A stretch of 64,000 nucleotides of DNA from Candidatus Asgardarchaeum abyssi (GTDB lineage Archaea; Asgardarchaeota; Asgardarchaeia; Asgardarchaeales; Asgardarchaeaceae): contig JBECUL010000003.1 in assembly GCA_040225955.1 (NCBI GenBank), forward strand, positions 1 through 64,000. The letters run 5' to 3'. Position numbers and translations under genes: made by a program. Numbering within the stretch: position 1 is the stretch's first letter; each line of letters opens with the position of its first letter. The notes under the pieces were generated by a model. It ran no database searches. It saw only the letters and a program-made list of their open reading frames with translations, and was not told the DNA's origin. Shown here in pieces: positions 48,969 through 59,385 of the stretch.

Positions 48969-51055
48969 CCTCTCCTTAAAATTAGATTTCCATAACTGTC
49001 AATTTTGCAGACCCATCCAGGATTAACGACAGTAGTTGAATCATATTGCTCAATGATTGCAGGACCTTGTATCTCTGCACCAACTGGAATCTTTTTTCTA
49101 TCGTATACTGGTGTTTTAGTGAAGTCATCAATCGTCCCAAAATAGACATTTCTGTACTCTATAAGTGCTGAATCAATAGTTCTGTAATTGGTGCGTATTT
49201 TTTGTAGTACTGGCTTTTCTACTATTCCAATGGCTTCAACACGTAGATTGACAATTTCAATATCCTCTTCGGGCATTGAGTAGCCATACCTTCTCTCATG
49301 AAACTCGTTAAACCTTTCTTTAAGAGTAGAGAAGGCAGAATCTCCCTCTAATTTTCCAATTGGAATTAGTAATTCGAAACCTTGGCCCCAATATCTCATG
49401 TCTGCATATCTATTGAAAACTATTCTCTCCGAAGGAACCCCCTCTCTCCTCAGCAAATCAAATCCTTTTCTCTCTAGTTTTTGATATTCCTCTTCTATTT
49501 CAATTGGGTCCAGTTCATCAATGATTTTTCTTATAGATTTTGTGAAAACGTGTTTAAAATCGGTTGCTAAAAGTCCGAAAGCAGAAAACAGACCAGGAAC
49601 TAATGGAATCACGATCTCATTCATTTCTAAATCTTCCGCTAAGTCACAAGCATGCATAGGTCCAGCTCCGCCAAATGATATCAATGTTAAGTTGCGTGGG
49701 TCTATTCCTCGCTCTATCGAAACAATTCTCAAAATTTTGCTCATTATAGCATTTGTTATTTTTATGCTTCCAATGGCTGCACTTTCTAAATCCAAATCCA
49801 ATTTATTTGTTATCTTCTCATAAAATGCTTGTTTTGCCTTCTCTGGAAATATTCTCATTTCTCCCCCAAGTAAATATTTTTGATTAAGCCTACCTAAAAT
49901 TAGATTTGCATCTGTAATTGTTGGATTATCGCCACCTTTCCCATAACATGCAGGTCCTGGATCTGCTCCTGCACTAATAGGCCCAACTCTTAGTGCTCCA
50001 CCCTCATCAACCCAGATTATACTTCCGCCGCCTGCTGATATCTCTGCTACATCGATAAAGGGAAATCTTACAGGATAACCACTGCCTTTTATTATTCTCC
50101 CCGCGTGTATTTTCCCACATACCTCATACTCTGTCGTTATAATTGGAGTTCCATCAATAACAGTACCTGCTTTTGCTGTGGTTCCGCCCATGTCAAAACT
50201 TAAAACATTTTTCTTTCCCAGTAGTGATCCTAAGTTCATGGATGCTAAAACTCCAGCTGCAGGCCCACTTTCTATTATACTCACAGGCAACCTGCTTATT
50301 TCATCAATTGATGCGACTCCTCCACTACTTTTCATGACCCTTATAGGGGCATCGGTTATAGAAGAAATACCCTCCGACAAATTTTGTAGATATCTTGTTA
50401 CAATAGGCATTAGTATTGCATTTACAACTGTGGTACTAGTTCGCTCGTATTCACGATGTTCGGGATCCACCTCACTGCTTAACGATATGAAAATGTTTGG
50501 GATTATTTTTTTCAAAATTTTCTGTATCTTTACTTCATGTATCGAATTTGCATAAGAATGCAAAAGCGATATTGCAACGGTTTCTATCTTTTCAACAGAC
50601 AATTTTCTAGCTATTTCACGTATCTCATCTTCATTTAAGGGTTTGATTACATTTCCCTCATAATCAAGCCTCTCATCAGCTTCAAACCTATACTTTCTAG
50701 GAATCAAAACCCTTGGTCTTTGAACAAACAAGTTATATAAATCAGGGCGTCTCTGTCTTCCTATTTCAAGGATGTCACGAAAACCTTTTGTTGTTATCAA
50801 AGCTGCTTTTGGTAATTCTAACCCAACTTGCCCCAGTAAAGCATTAGTCGCAATGGTTGTAGCGTGAATTATTGTCTCTACTTCAGTCTTTTTAAAATTC
50901 ATTTTTCTCAGAGTATCTATAACGGCGATCTCTGGTCTCCTTGGTGTAGAACTTACTTTCAAAAAAGATACAATGGTATTATTTCTTCGGTCAAAGACTA
51001 TTATATCTGTAAATGTACCACCTATGTCAACGCCTATTCTGTAATGCCTATCCAA
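48965..51055 (-). CDS. hyuA: Hydantoinase A / 5-oxoprolinase alpha subunit
   Basis: DIGGTFTD, SGPAAG, DMGGTT, SAGADPGPACY. Confidence 0.93.
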   Translation of the reverse strand: MDRHYRIGVDIGGTFTDIIVFDRRNNTIVSFLKVSSTPRRPEIAVIDTLRKMNFKKTEVETIIHATTIATNALLGQVGLELPKAALITTKGFRDILEIGRQRRPDLYNLFVQRPRVLIPRKYRFEADERLDYEGNVIKPLNEDEIREIARKLSVEKIETVAISLLHSYANSIHEVKIQKILKKIIPNIFISLSSEVDPEHREYERTSTTVVNAILMPIVTRYLQNLSEGISSITDAPIRVMKSSGGVASIDEISRLPVSIIESGPAAGVLASMNLGSLLGKKNVLSFDMGGTTAKAGTVIDGTPIITTEYEVCGKIHAGRIIKGSGYPVRFPFIDVAEISAGGGSIIWVDEGGALRVGPISAGADPGPACYGKGGDNPTITDANLILGRLNQKYLLGGEMRIFPEKAKQAFYEKITNKLDLDLESAAIGSIKITNAIMSKILRIVSIERGIDPRNLTLISFGGAGPMHACDLAEDLEMNEIVIPLVPGLFSAFGLLATDFKHVFTKSIRKIIDELDPIEIEEEYQKLERKGFDLLRREGVPSERIVFNRYADMRYWGQGFELLIPIGKLEGDSAFSTLKERFNEFHERRYGYSMPEEDIEIVNLRVEAIGIVEKPVLQKIRTNYRTIDSALIEYRNVYFGTIDDFTKTPVYDRKKIPVGAEIQGPAIIEQYDSTTVVNPGWVCKIDSYGNLILRRG

Positions 51056-51229
51056 TATGAGCCCCTCGATAATTATTCTAATATTTATTAGATTAATTTA
51101 GGTGATCTTACTTAAGCAAAAACGTCTATAAATATATTCAATTTACTTCCTTTTTCCCTCAAAGGATCGCAATAGTTTTTTATAGTTGCATTTCTACAAA
51201 TTCATATATCATTAAAACATGGTGTTATT

Positions 51230-51877
51230 ATGCCAAGCAGAAATGAAAAGGGGGAACTATTTTTTAAAATACTCTATTGGGGTCCGACAAAAAGTGGTAA
51301 GACTCAAACTGTTGAGAAGCTTTATGAAATTCTGGAGGCAACTAAAGATAAGGGAATCCCAGTATCTGTCCTGACAAAGATATCAGTTCCTGGTGGCGAT
51401 ATGACTATATTTTTTGATAGAGGTGTCATACGTGTTGGCAGTGGTGTGTTTTTCCAGATTTACACAGTAGCTGGGCATAGAAGGTTTAAACCATTAAGGA
51501 AGGTAATATACTATGGTGCCGATGGTGTGGTATTCGTAATGAATTCGCTAAGGAGGTATTGGAATCTAACGGTTGAATCCCTCAGAGAACTCAAAGATAT
51601 GGTAAGTAAATATAATCAAATTTTAGTAGAGCAGATACCTCTTATCATTCAGGTTAACAGCTTTGAGTCAGGTGATAGAGTTTCATCGGAAGAAATAGTT
51701 CAATTATTGAAAGATGAAGGTTTGTATCACTACACCGGCAGTCAAAGTAAGTGGAACCCTAGTATTCATGAAGTCTATGATTTTGAAAAGGAAAAGTTAT
51801 TAGAACCGTTTGCCGATATAGCTAGTCGTATCTTATCCTATTGGTATTATGGACGAGGTAGGGTCCCTCCCGCATGA
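51230..51877 (+). CDS. MglA-like small GTPase with atypical G3 and G4 motifs
   Basis: KILYWGPTKSGKT, TIFFD, IYTVAGH, GADGVVFV; G4 reads NSFE. Confidence 0.82.
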   Translation: MPSRNEKGELFFKILYWGPTKSGKTQTVEKLYEILEATKDKGIPVSVLTKISVPGGDMTIFFDRGVIRVGSGVFFQIYTVAGHRRFKPLRKVIYYGADGVVFVMNSLRRYWNLTVESLRELKDMVSKYNQILVEQIPLIIQVNSFESGDRVSSEEIVQLLKDEGLYHYTGSQSKWNPSIHEVYDFEKEKLLEPFADIASRILSYWYYGRGRVPPA

Positions 51878-52246
51878 GGAATGTGCTCCTAAAAACTAAG
51901 ACCGGTAAAAAATATATCAGACGGCTGATAGGGAGCTAAAAAGTTTTTACAACTTTTAATAAAATTGCATTACTTTATTTCTTCCATAATAGAATTTTCT
52001 ATTTATCTTTATAATATTTTTATTTATGTTGCGATTTTAACATGTTTTTTTAAAGATTTTTATTAAAATTTTTATACTTTCATAGTGATATTTTCCTTCG
52101 ATACGCTTTTGACATTTTTATATGATATCGTAATTTAGTATTATATTCTGCCTTTTCTCAGAGTTGCTAGAGGTTGGAAATATGGGTTTATTAGCTGGTT
52201 GCGATAAAAACATTATCCAAGAAAATAATGTTTTTGAGGGAGATAA

Positions 52247-53425
52247 ATGACTCTTGATTTACGTATAAAGATCGGCGATGTAGAACTTGAGCATCCAGTG
52301 ATAGCCCCTGCTGGTGAACTATTTAGAGATGGATACTTAATTAAAAAGTATTCTAAGTTGGGAATGTCTGCTATCACAACAAAAACAATAACTACTCATC
52401 CTTTACCTGTTCCGCATCCATGTTTCGCTGATTTAAAGTATTGTTTTCTTAATAATATTGCAGGATCGACACATACAGCGGACTTCTGGTTTGATAAACA
52501 TCTTAAAATAGCTAAAGAAGGGCAGGTCAAAATAATTGCTAGTATAGCTGGCGTAGATCCAGACGATGCAGTATCTCTTGCTACTAGAGCCGAGAAAGCT
52601 GGTGCAGATATTATTGAAATTCCAACATATACTCCTAGTATTTCTGAAATATTGGAAGCTATCGGTGCAACATTTTCACCTCCTGAATTTACCAATGTCG
52701 AGCCGTTTATTAAAATATTGAAGGCAGTAAAGGAAAGCGTTTCAGTGCCCGTTATTGTTAAATTGAGTGCCGTATTTAATCCTGAAACTAAATTGTGGGC
52801 AAAAAGCGTTGAGGATACTGGTGCCGATGGAATCGTGATTTCAGACAGTTTTGGACCCGTATTAGCAATAGATATCAACACGGGTCAACCACTGTTAGGC
52901 GGACCTAGAGGATACGCAACTATGACAGGCAAGGCTCTGAAACCATTAGCCTTAAGAATGGTGTTTGAAGCAGCACAAGTTATCAAAATACCAATCATTG
53001 GTGTTGGTGGTATTACTAATTGGAAGGATGCTGTAGAGTATATATTAGCTGGTGCTAAAGGAGTTGGCGTCTACACAGAAGCACATCTAAGAGGATTGGG
53101 AATATATAGAAAAATACTGGATGGAATTAAAAAGTATATGGAGGAAAAAGGTTACAAAAGTATAGATGATTTTTCAGGGCTCACCCTTAAGAAAGTACAA
53201 GAAAGAAAAGAGAAAAATCAGCAAATTCTTGATATAATTCCTCCTATTGTTGATGAAGAGAAGTGTACTGGTTGCGGCATATGTGAACGCTCATGCATTT
53301 ATTTCGCAATTAAAGTCGATCCTTCAACAAAGAAAGCTGTTGTTTACTCTGACAAGTGTTCTGGTTGTGGCTTATGCTACACGGTATGCCCCGTTCACGC
53401 TATCTCTCTAAATTACTATAAGTAG
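52247..53425 (+). CDS. Dihydroorotate/dihydropyrimidine dehydrogenase (PreA-like) FMN protein with 2x4Fe-4S
   Basis: TTKT, VIVKLS, LKPLALR, IIGVGGI; CTGCGICERSC and CSGCGLCYTVCP. Confidence 0.85.
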   Translation: MTLDLRIKIGDVELEHPVIAPAGELFRDGYLIKKYSKLGMSAITTKTITTHPLPVPHPCFADLKYCFLNNIAGSTHTADFWFDKHLKIAKEGQVKIIASIAGVDPDDAVSLATRAEKAGADIIEIPTYTPSISEILEAIGATFSPPEFTNVEPFIKILKAVKESVSVPVIVKLSAVFNPETKLWAKSVEDTGADGIVISDSFGPVLAIDINTGQPLLGGPRGYATMTGKALKPLALRMVFEAAQVIKIPIIGVGGITNWKDAVEYILAGAKGVGVYTEAHLRGLGIYRKILDGIKKYMEEKGYKSIDDFSGLTLKKVQERKEKNQQILDIIPPIVDEEKCTGCGICERSCIYFAIKVDPSTKKAVVYSDKCSGCGLCYTVCPVHAISLNYYK

Positions 53426-53494
53426 TTCCCATTAAACCTCATTATATTTTTATATTTTATTCTGTTATCTCACCTAAAAAAAGAAAAGATAAGT

Positions 53495-53938
53495 TTATTC
53501 TTTTGGCCCAAATTTCATCCAGAAAAAGCCTAATAGGTAGCCATATACTATGCTGAAAACTAGGTTAATCGCCACTGTTAATAAAGCGAAGGCTCCAAAA
53601 GATGAAGTAACTGTTGAAAGTATCCAGAATATGATGCCCATGATGATGCCTTTTATTATTGGGCTCTCAGTTGGTAGATAGTCGTATATGAATGCAAAAA
53701 TTAATCCAGCAATAATACCCCATATGATTTCTCCAATCGGTGCGAAAAAGACAACAGATGAATACATCAAGGCTCTAAAGAGCTCAGGATCTACCCCTGC
53801 TGGCACGTTTTTAAGAACATCAGCAAATATTATATCAAACATCGTAGCATAAATAATGGATTCCAGAATTCCAATTATAAGACCAGCAACAATTCCAGAC
53901 TTAATACCTCTCCATAACTCCGCCATCATTATCACCAC
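53495..53938 (-). CDS. Hypothetical 4-TM membrane protein
   Basis: Hydrophobic 147-aa ORF with an RBS. Confidence 0.7.
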   Translation of the reverse strand: MVIMMAELWRGIKSGIVAGLIIGILESIIYATMFDIIFADVLKNVPAGVDPELFRALMYSSVVFFAPIGEIIWGIIAGLIFAFIYDYLPTESPIIKGIIMGIIFWILSTVTSSFGAFALLTVAINLVFSIVYGYLLGFFWMKFGPKE

Positions 53939-54266
53939 TACAATTTCACAACGTTATATGCAATAATATGTGTAATTAGGTATTTATTATCACTTAATAC
54001 TATTCAGTTTTATAATTTTTAATTTCATATTTAACCATTTTTGAAGAGCAATTTCGACTTTGTTGTGAAAAAAAATAGACAAAAAGGAGTTAAGACTTTA
54101 ATTAGTAATGATTCATAATAAAAGAGGGCTGAGTATTATATTATAACACTCAACTCTAGCGATTTACTGGAATTTCGTAAAATCTTTAAAGGTCTCAACA
54201 TGATATCTTTCCTTTTTTTGATCTTAAAACTTTATTGTGCAATATTCTAAAATATCTTAGAGCATG

Positions 54267-54668
54267 TCATCTTATGATCTCAATATCAAATTTCCTCCAA
54301 TCATCATCATATGATAAAATCTTTTGAATCTTATTATCAACCATGAATAAATAAATAATAGCGTCCCCTATATCGACATTTTTATTTTTCATAATTTCGT
54401 AACACATCAGAAGTCTCTCATTATCCAAATTAGTACATTTTATTTCTACGTCCAAATCCTTTAGAAGCTTTGGGAATCTCTCTTTGAGCATCTTATATAG
54501 TTTAGCTTTTTTATCATTGCTCTCTGATATCAACTCATCTAGGACTTTTATGACCTCATATACTACTATATTATTTATCACGAGTGGATGTCCTTTCGAA
54601 ATTATTTCCATAAATTTTTCTTTTCTCTTGAAAAATGCATTGGAATCTATGAAAATTCTCTCAACCAC
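54267..54668 (-). CDS. vapC: PIN-domain toxin (VapC)
   Basis: IFIDSN, VVYE, DIGDA, ILSYDDD. Confidence 0.88.
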   Translation of the reverse strand: MVERIFIDSNAFFKRKEKFMEIISKGHPLVINNIVVYEVIKVLDELISESNDKKAKLYKMLKERFPKLLKDLDVEIKCTNLDNERLLMCYEIMKNKNVDIGDAIIYLFMVDNKIQKILSYDDDWRKFDIEIIR

Positions 54669-54963
54669 TTTTCTCTACCTCTTTTTTTATGGATTTTATA
54701 ATAATCTTGTTCAAATCATCCACAGACATTTTTTCTAATTCTGTCGCTTCTACAATTGCAAACCAGTTTTTAATGGCCTTCTTTTTTTCTTCTATTTTTT
54801 TCTCATTTAAAATACTAACTATTCTATCAATTTCGCCTTTATCTTCACTAATAATGTATGTTCTCCCTAATGAGCATACAAAAACCTCTTTTATTCCCCT
54901 CAATGGAAGAAGAATCCTACCACGATTATCCACTCGTCTTTTCTCAATGAGCATTTTCTTCAC
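54661..54963 (-). CDS. vapB: AbrB/MazE-type antitoxin (VapB)
   Basis: RRVDNRGRILLP; overlaps the PIN gene. Confidence 0.8.
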   Translation of the reverse strand: MKKMLIEKRRVDNRGRILLPLRGIKEVFVCSLGRTYIISEDKGEIDRIVSILNEKKIEEKKKAIKNWFAIVEATELEKMSVDDLNKIIIKSIKKEVEKSG

Positions 54964-54965
54964 CT

Positions 54966-55016
54966 ACCACAATGTTGTGGGTATACTTATTTATATTTTT
55001 CCCACATTAATGTAGG
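54966..55016. promoter_or_regulatory. Two 16-bp palindromic operators flanking the vapBC TATA box
   Basis: ACCACA-atgt-TGTGGG (54966-54981) and CCCACA-ttaa-TGTAGG (55001-55016) on either side of minus-strand AAAAATATAAATAA. Confidence 0.65.
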
Positions 55017-55114
55017 ATTTTTTTACATCGTTGTCTTGAAAAACTGGCCTATCTATTAAAATATTTAAGAGTAGAGTTCTTTACTTTTAAATGATATGAG
55101 TATTTGCGATGTAG

Positions 55115-55423
55115 GTGCATTTTATGCTATTCAAAACAATAAATGTTTCAACTAGGAGGTATAAAATTAAGAGAACATCCTATGAAGTCAACCTGGAATA
55201 CTATAAGAAATGGTTCTTTAAGCCTCGCTATACCATTAATATATTTCGTGGAGCTGATCTTATTGGCAAGAAAAGTTTTAAAGAGCCAATTCTTGAACAT
55301 TTTATGTCTGCAGTCCATGGTGCTACTTCCGTGCGGTTGGATGACTCTGCTGTTGCTGAAGCCATAAGTGCAGCACTTATAGACTTAAGAGATAGAATAG
55401 AAGAAGCGAAAAGGAAAAAGTAA
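55115..55423 (+). CDS. Hypothetical protein
   Basis: 102-aa ORF, co-oriented with the downstream genes; likely ATG at 55124. Confidence 0.65.
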   Translation: MHFMLFKTINVSTRRYKIKRTSYEVNLEYYKKWFFKPRYTINIFRGADLIGKKSFKEPILEHFMSAVHGATSVRLDDSAVAEAISAALIDLRDRIEEAKRKK

Positions 55424-55438
55424 CTTGGGGGATATTTT

Positions 55439-55876
55439 TTGGAGATTAGAGTTGGTGGTATTCTATATCATAATCATAAAATTTTAATGATAGATAGGGA
55501 TGGTACTCTAACCTTTTCTGATTTACCTACCAGTGAGCAAGAAACTTTAGAGGCGTGCATAAGAAAGTTTTTTATGGAGAATCTCGGCATTGAAGTAAGC
55601 GTGGAAAAGCTGATTTATATGATTCAATTTGTCAGAAAAGGAGAGAAAAAGCCCTATAAACTTACTTATTTTTTCCTAGTTAAACCTAATTCTAATATAA
55701 AAGAGGATTTTGTTGTTAATCTGAAAAAAGTGAACTTTAAGTGGGTCGGTGCTGAAGATTTGGAGAGATTTAAGGTAGTGCCAAAAGTTCTTAAGCACTT
55801 TCTATCCGAAGATTTGAAAAGTGATGAGTTTAAGATGAGAATTGGAGTAGAAATTGATAATAATTCTAAATCATGA
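55439..55876 (+). CDS. NUDIX-fold protein with a degenerate Nudix box
   Basis: IRVGGIL..KILM, ETLEACIRKFFMENLGI, YFFLV, KWV. Confidence 0.7.
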   Translation: MEIRVGGILYHNHKILMIDRDGTLTFSDLPTSEQETLEACIRKFFMENLGIEVSVEKLIYMIQFVRKGEKKPYKLTYFFLVKPNSNIKEDFVVNLKKVNFKWVGAEDLERFKVVPKVLKHFLSEDLKSDEFKMRIGVEIDNNSKS

Positions 55877-55940
55877 TAAATCTCTTTATATACCCGTAAA
55901 TTAACTATTGAATCAAGCAAGATATATAGGAGTATTGAAG

Positions 55941-56414
55941 ATGGATATAGCTGAATTACCTCAAAAATATTTTAACTTAATGAATGATGGGGAAAGATAT
56001 GCGAAAATGAGGCAGTTTAGGGAGGCTTTTAAATGTTTCTCCCAAGCAACAACAGAGGCTTATAACATATCCAAATTTTTCTTGCTGAGAGCGTCAAAAA
56101 GATACGATGACAATAAATTAATTGATGATATCGCACTTATAATTGTCTGGCTCTTAAAGATAGTTAAGACCGAATTTTTTAAAGAGCTGTCCGAGTACAA
56201 TATAAAGTTTAATTTGGGGCGGGATGCAAGAAATCATTTATTCATAGCTGAAGGAGTTCAACGAATCGGAAATCATCTAATATCATTACTTAAAGACTAT
56301 ATTGATGGGCATAAATTCAAGGTTCATTTTGCGATTCATGAAATGTATGATGCATTAAAAGAGAACTTAGAGGGACGAGAAAAACTTCTTAAAAAGCTCA
56401 TTGAAGAGTCTTAA
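55941..56414 (+). CDS. Hypothetical helical (TPR-like) protein
   Basis: AGGAG RBS before ATG 55941; GERYAKMRQFREAFKCFSQA. Confidence 0.6.
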   Translation: MDIAELPQKYFNLMNDGERYAKMRQFREAFKCFSQATTEAYNISKFFLLRASKRYDDNKLIDDIALIIVWLLKIVKTEFFKELSEYNIKFNLGRDARNHLFIAEGVQRIGNHLISLLKDYIDGHKFKVHFAIHEMYDALKENLEGREKLLKKLIEES

Positions 56415-56508
56415 ATATCTAATGAATTCCTCCTTAGTTAAATATTTAAGCCTAGAATAGAAAAAATATACATAATTATTTCCATGACTTTTTAGCAGGG
56501 GGATCTTA

Positions 56509-59385
56509 GTGCGAGTAGGTCCTAAAATTATTAAACTTCATCCGCAACTTATATCATTTGTTATGATAACAATGGTTCTCTTTGGTGCACTTGCCGCAGT
56601 TGATGCTGTAGGCGTTAAAAAGTTCCCAGAATTTGTGACCGATGAAAAGATAGATCTTATTATTAAAGTAACATCTTGGGAGTATTCATCTTACTTAATG
56701 TCAAGTAATAAGATACTACTTGATGTAGAAAAAGTACTCAATGGCACCTATTATGTTATGGATTACGTAACATTTATGCAAGTTAGGACAGAGTTGTATT
56801 ATTTTAAAAATGTTTCTGATGAACAGTTACAATATGTTTCTTTCTATGGAAACATAATATGTCTGAACGATAAGCTTATCGACTGGCTTAATATTAACAT
56901 CACTTCTGGTTCTCTGAGAAAAAATTCAATACTTATACGTTATGACTTATTAGTTATGCATGGTCTAGAGATAAATAAATCGAAAGTATCTTACTATATG
57001 GGCTATTCTACTTTTTATAATCTGACGGTCTCTGGAACGTTTACTATTAACGAAACTAATTTTGGTTCAGATGTGATTGGAATAGCATCAGAAGAGACAA
57101 TAATGCGCATAGCATCGTTAGGTGAGTTTTGGGAATTTAGTAAGGTATTTTTAGTAGACATTAATGCAAGTTTTATTGATAAAGTGAATCCGGAACGATC
57201 ACTTAGTGAAATGAATACTCTTTCGCAGAAGATATGGAATGTTGAGCAGAAGTACTTTAGCGCTAACATATATATTCCAGTTGATTTTATCCTTGCTGAG
57301 AAAGTAAGTAGATTCGTGGAGTGGAAAGCGAACTATAGAAGTATGTTGCTCGTATCTTTACTACCACTTCTTATATCATTTTGGGTTTTGCAATATTTCT
57401 TTATTGAGACATTTTTTGCTAAATGGGAAAGAGAGATAAATATTATTATGGCAAGAGGATATCGAAAAGACGTAAAAATCGGTATGCTACTTAGCTTTGT
57501 GTTTTTCCAAACAATACTAGGTTTTCTCATAGGTTTACCAGCTGGAGCTATCTTCAGTAGAGTCTATATTTTTCCAACAATTTCTGCTATAAACTTCTAC
57601 GATCCGCCTATTGTTGTCTCTTTAGTTTCATATACTTATATTACTATATATTACGCTGTGACAATTTTCATAGCTCTTTTGTTATATGGTATTGTTGCAG
57701 TTTTTAACTCTTATGTGAAAAAGGCCATCAAAAGGAAAAAGGGGATTCTAAGGAAAATATTTATTCTCTTCCAGGGGACATATCTCGATGCTGTATTTAT
57801 AATATACTCAATCTTAATATTTTTACTATTTCATATCTCCTCCGAGACTATCTTCACCATCGTAAGATATTCATTTTTCCCTCCAATTTTCGTGTTTCTT
57901 ATAATTTTCTTATTTGCACCATTTGCTTTTGTCATAGGTATAACTAGAATTATCCTTCGTTATTCGAAAACTTTATTGATTATGGTAACGCAAAAGATGA
58001 GAGATTATTCGTCGCTAAGATCATTAATTTTAGGTATAAGAAACGTTTTCAGAGAGGATACAAAAAACAAAATACTAGCCACGATATTCTCAATGGTAAT
58101 ATTGGTAAATGTATCGTCAACTATTATTAACTATTCATATGTTCCATATATAGTATCTCATGAAAAATGGTTTACGGGAAGCGACTTAGGAATATACTTC
58201 AGATCCGAAGCCAATGTAACACGTATTAATGAGATAAGAGTGGCGATTCTAAAGAATATTACAGGTATAGAAAGCTCAACAATAATATTTGCTACGGAGT
58301 GGCATTCATATGCAGGTGGATGGTATTACTCATACTCATATTATATATTTGGTATATCCTCTGAAAGTTTCTTAAAGACCGTTTATGGAGAAGATGGAAA
58401 ACTTTTAATCAACTCATCCATTGCGGAGAAAATATTTCAAATAAAAAATGGCTCTAGGGTTGCCTTGGTATCAAAATCTTTGAGTGAAGAACTTGATATA
58501 TCCCCTGAAACTACTCTTCGCTTTACAAACTTTTATACAAATGAACTAATCAGTATCAAAGTCAAAGATGAGATATCTGAGAAAATATCTCCATTATTTA
58601 TTGCGGGCATGTATATGCCATGCTATGAAATAGTCTCTGCTGAAGAAATCGAAAATCATATTGAATGGATTATTGAATGGATGGAACCCATATCAAATTA
58701 TATGATTACAGACATCGAAACGTGTTCAAAAATAGACAACTCTGTATCTACAAGCATTCTTATTAAAATAAACGATCACGTAAATAAAACAGCTGTCGCT
58801 GAGGCCATCGAAAAAAGAATTAATGAATTAAAGTACAACTATACAGAATTAATTTGCAGCTATACACGTTTCTTCAAAGATAATCTTAACAAAATGCTTG
58901 GTGAAGAAAGGCAAATAAGTGTTATGAACGCACTGTATGTGTCATATGTTTTTTCGGCTTTTCTCGTGATAATCGCAATATTAGAGTTCATGACAATTTT
59001 GTATAAAAAGAGGCCTCGTGAGCTTGCAGTCTTATTAGCAATTGGTGAGGATAGACGGAAAATAGCAGAGGTTGTTTTCATAGAATTGTTCGCATTGTTA
59101 ATCTATGGTATAATAGTGGGGTATATTGTTGCGTACCCTTCATCAATAATCTTTTCCCTTATTGTTGGCTTAAGTCCAGAATTCATGACCCGTTATGTAT
59201 ATACGTTTGACATGTACTTGTATCCTATGTTTTCGATTTTGGTCTTCATAGCCTTTGCAATAGCATCGATTTTAATAATCCTCTGGAGTATTATGAAGAT
59301 GGATGTAACAAAATATCTTAAAATTGAGTGGGTTCCAGAAAAGTTTCTAGCTGAGATAGAGGTTGAAAGGTATGAGAGGACTTAG
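56509..59385 (+). CDS. FtsX/MacB-like ABC permease (duplicated domains)
   Basis: Two TM blocks separated by extracytoplasmic domains; REINIIMARG, RELAVLLAIG. Confidence 0.85.
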   Translation: MRVGPKIIKLHPQLISFVMITMVLFGALAAVDAVGVKKFPEFVTDEKIDLIIKVTSWEYSSYLMSSNKILLDVEKVLNGTYYVMDYVTFMQVRTELYYFKNVSDEQLQYVSFYGNIICLNDKLIDWLNINITSGSLRKNSILIRYDLLVMHGLEINKSKVSYYMGYSTFYNLTVSGTFTINETNFGSDVIGIASEETIMRIASLGEFWEFSKVFLVDINASFIDKVNPERSLSEMNTLSQKIWNVEQKYFSANIYIPVDFILAEKVSRFVEWKANYRSMLLVSLLPLLISFWVLQYFFIETFFAKWEREINIIMARGYRKDVKIGMLLSFVFFQTILGFLIGLPAGAIFSRVYIFPTISAINFYDPPIVVSLVSYTYITIYYAVTIFIALLLYGIVAVFNSYVKKAIKRKKGILRKIFILFQGTYLDAVFIIYSILIFLLFHISSETIFTIVRYSFFPPIFVFLIIFLFAPFAFVIGITRIILRYSKTLLIMVTQKMRDYSSLRSLILGIRNVFREDTKNKILATIFSMVILVNVSSTIINYSYVPYIVSHEKWFTGSDLGIYFRSEANVTRINEIRVAILKNITGIESSTIIFATEWHSYAGGWYYSYSYYIFGISSESFLKTVYGEDGKLLINSSIAEKIFQIKNGSRVALVSKSLSEELDISPETTLRFTNFYTNELISIKVKDEISEKISPLFIAGMYMPCYEIVSAEEIENHIEWIIEWMEPISNYMITDIETCSKIDNSVSTSILIKINDHVNKTAVAEAIEKRINELKYNYTELICSYTRFFKDNLNKMLGEERQISVMNALYVSYVFSAFLVIIAILEFMTILYKKRPRELAVLLAIGEDRRKIAEVVFIELFALLIYGIIVGYIVAYPSSIIFSLIVGLSPEFMTRYVYTFDMYLYPMFSILVFIAFAIASILIILWSIMKMDVTKYLKIEWVPEKFLAEIEVERYERT

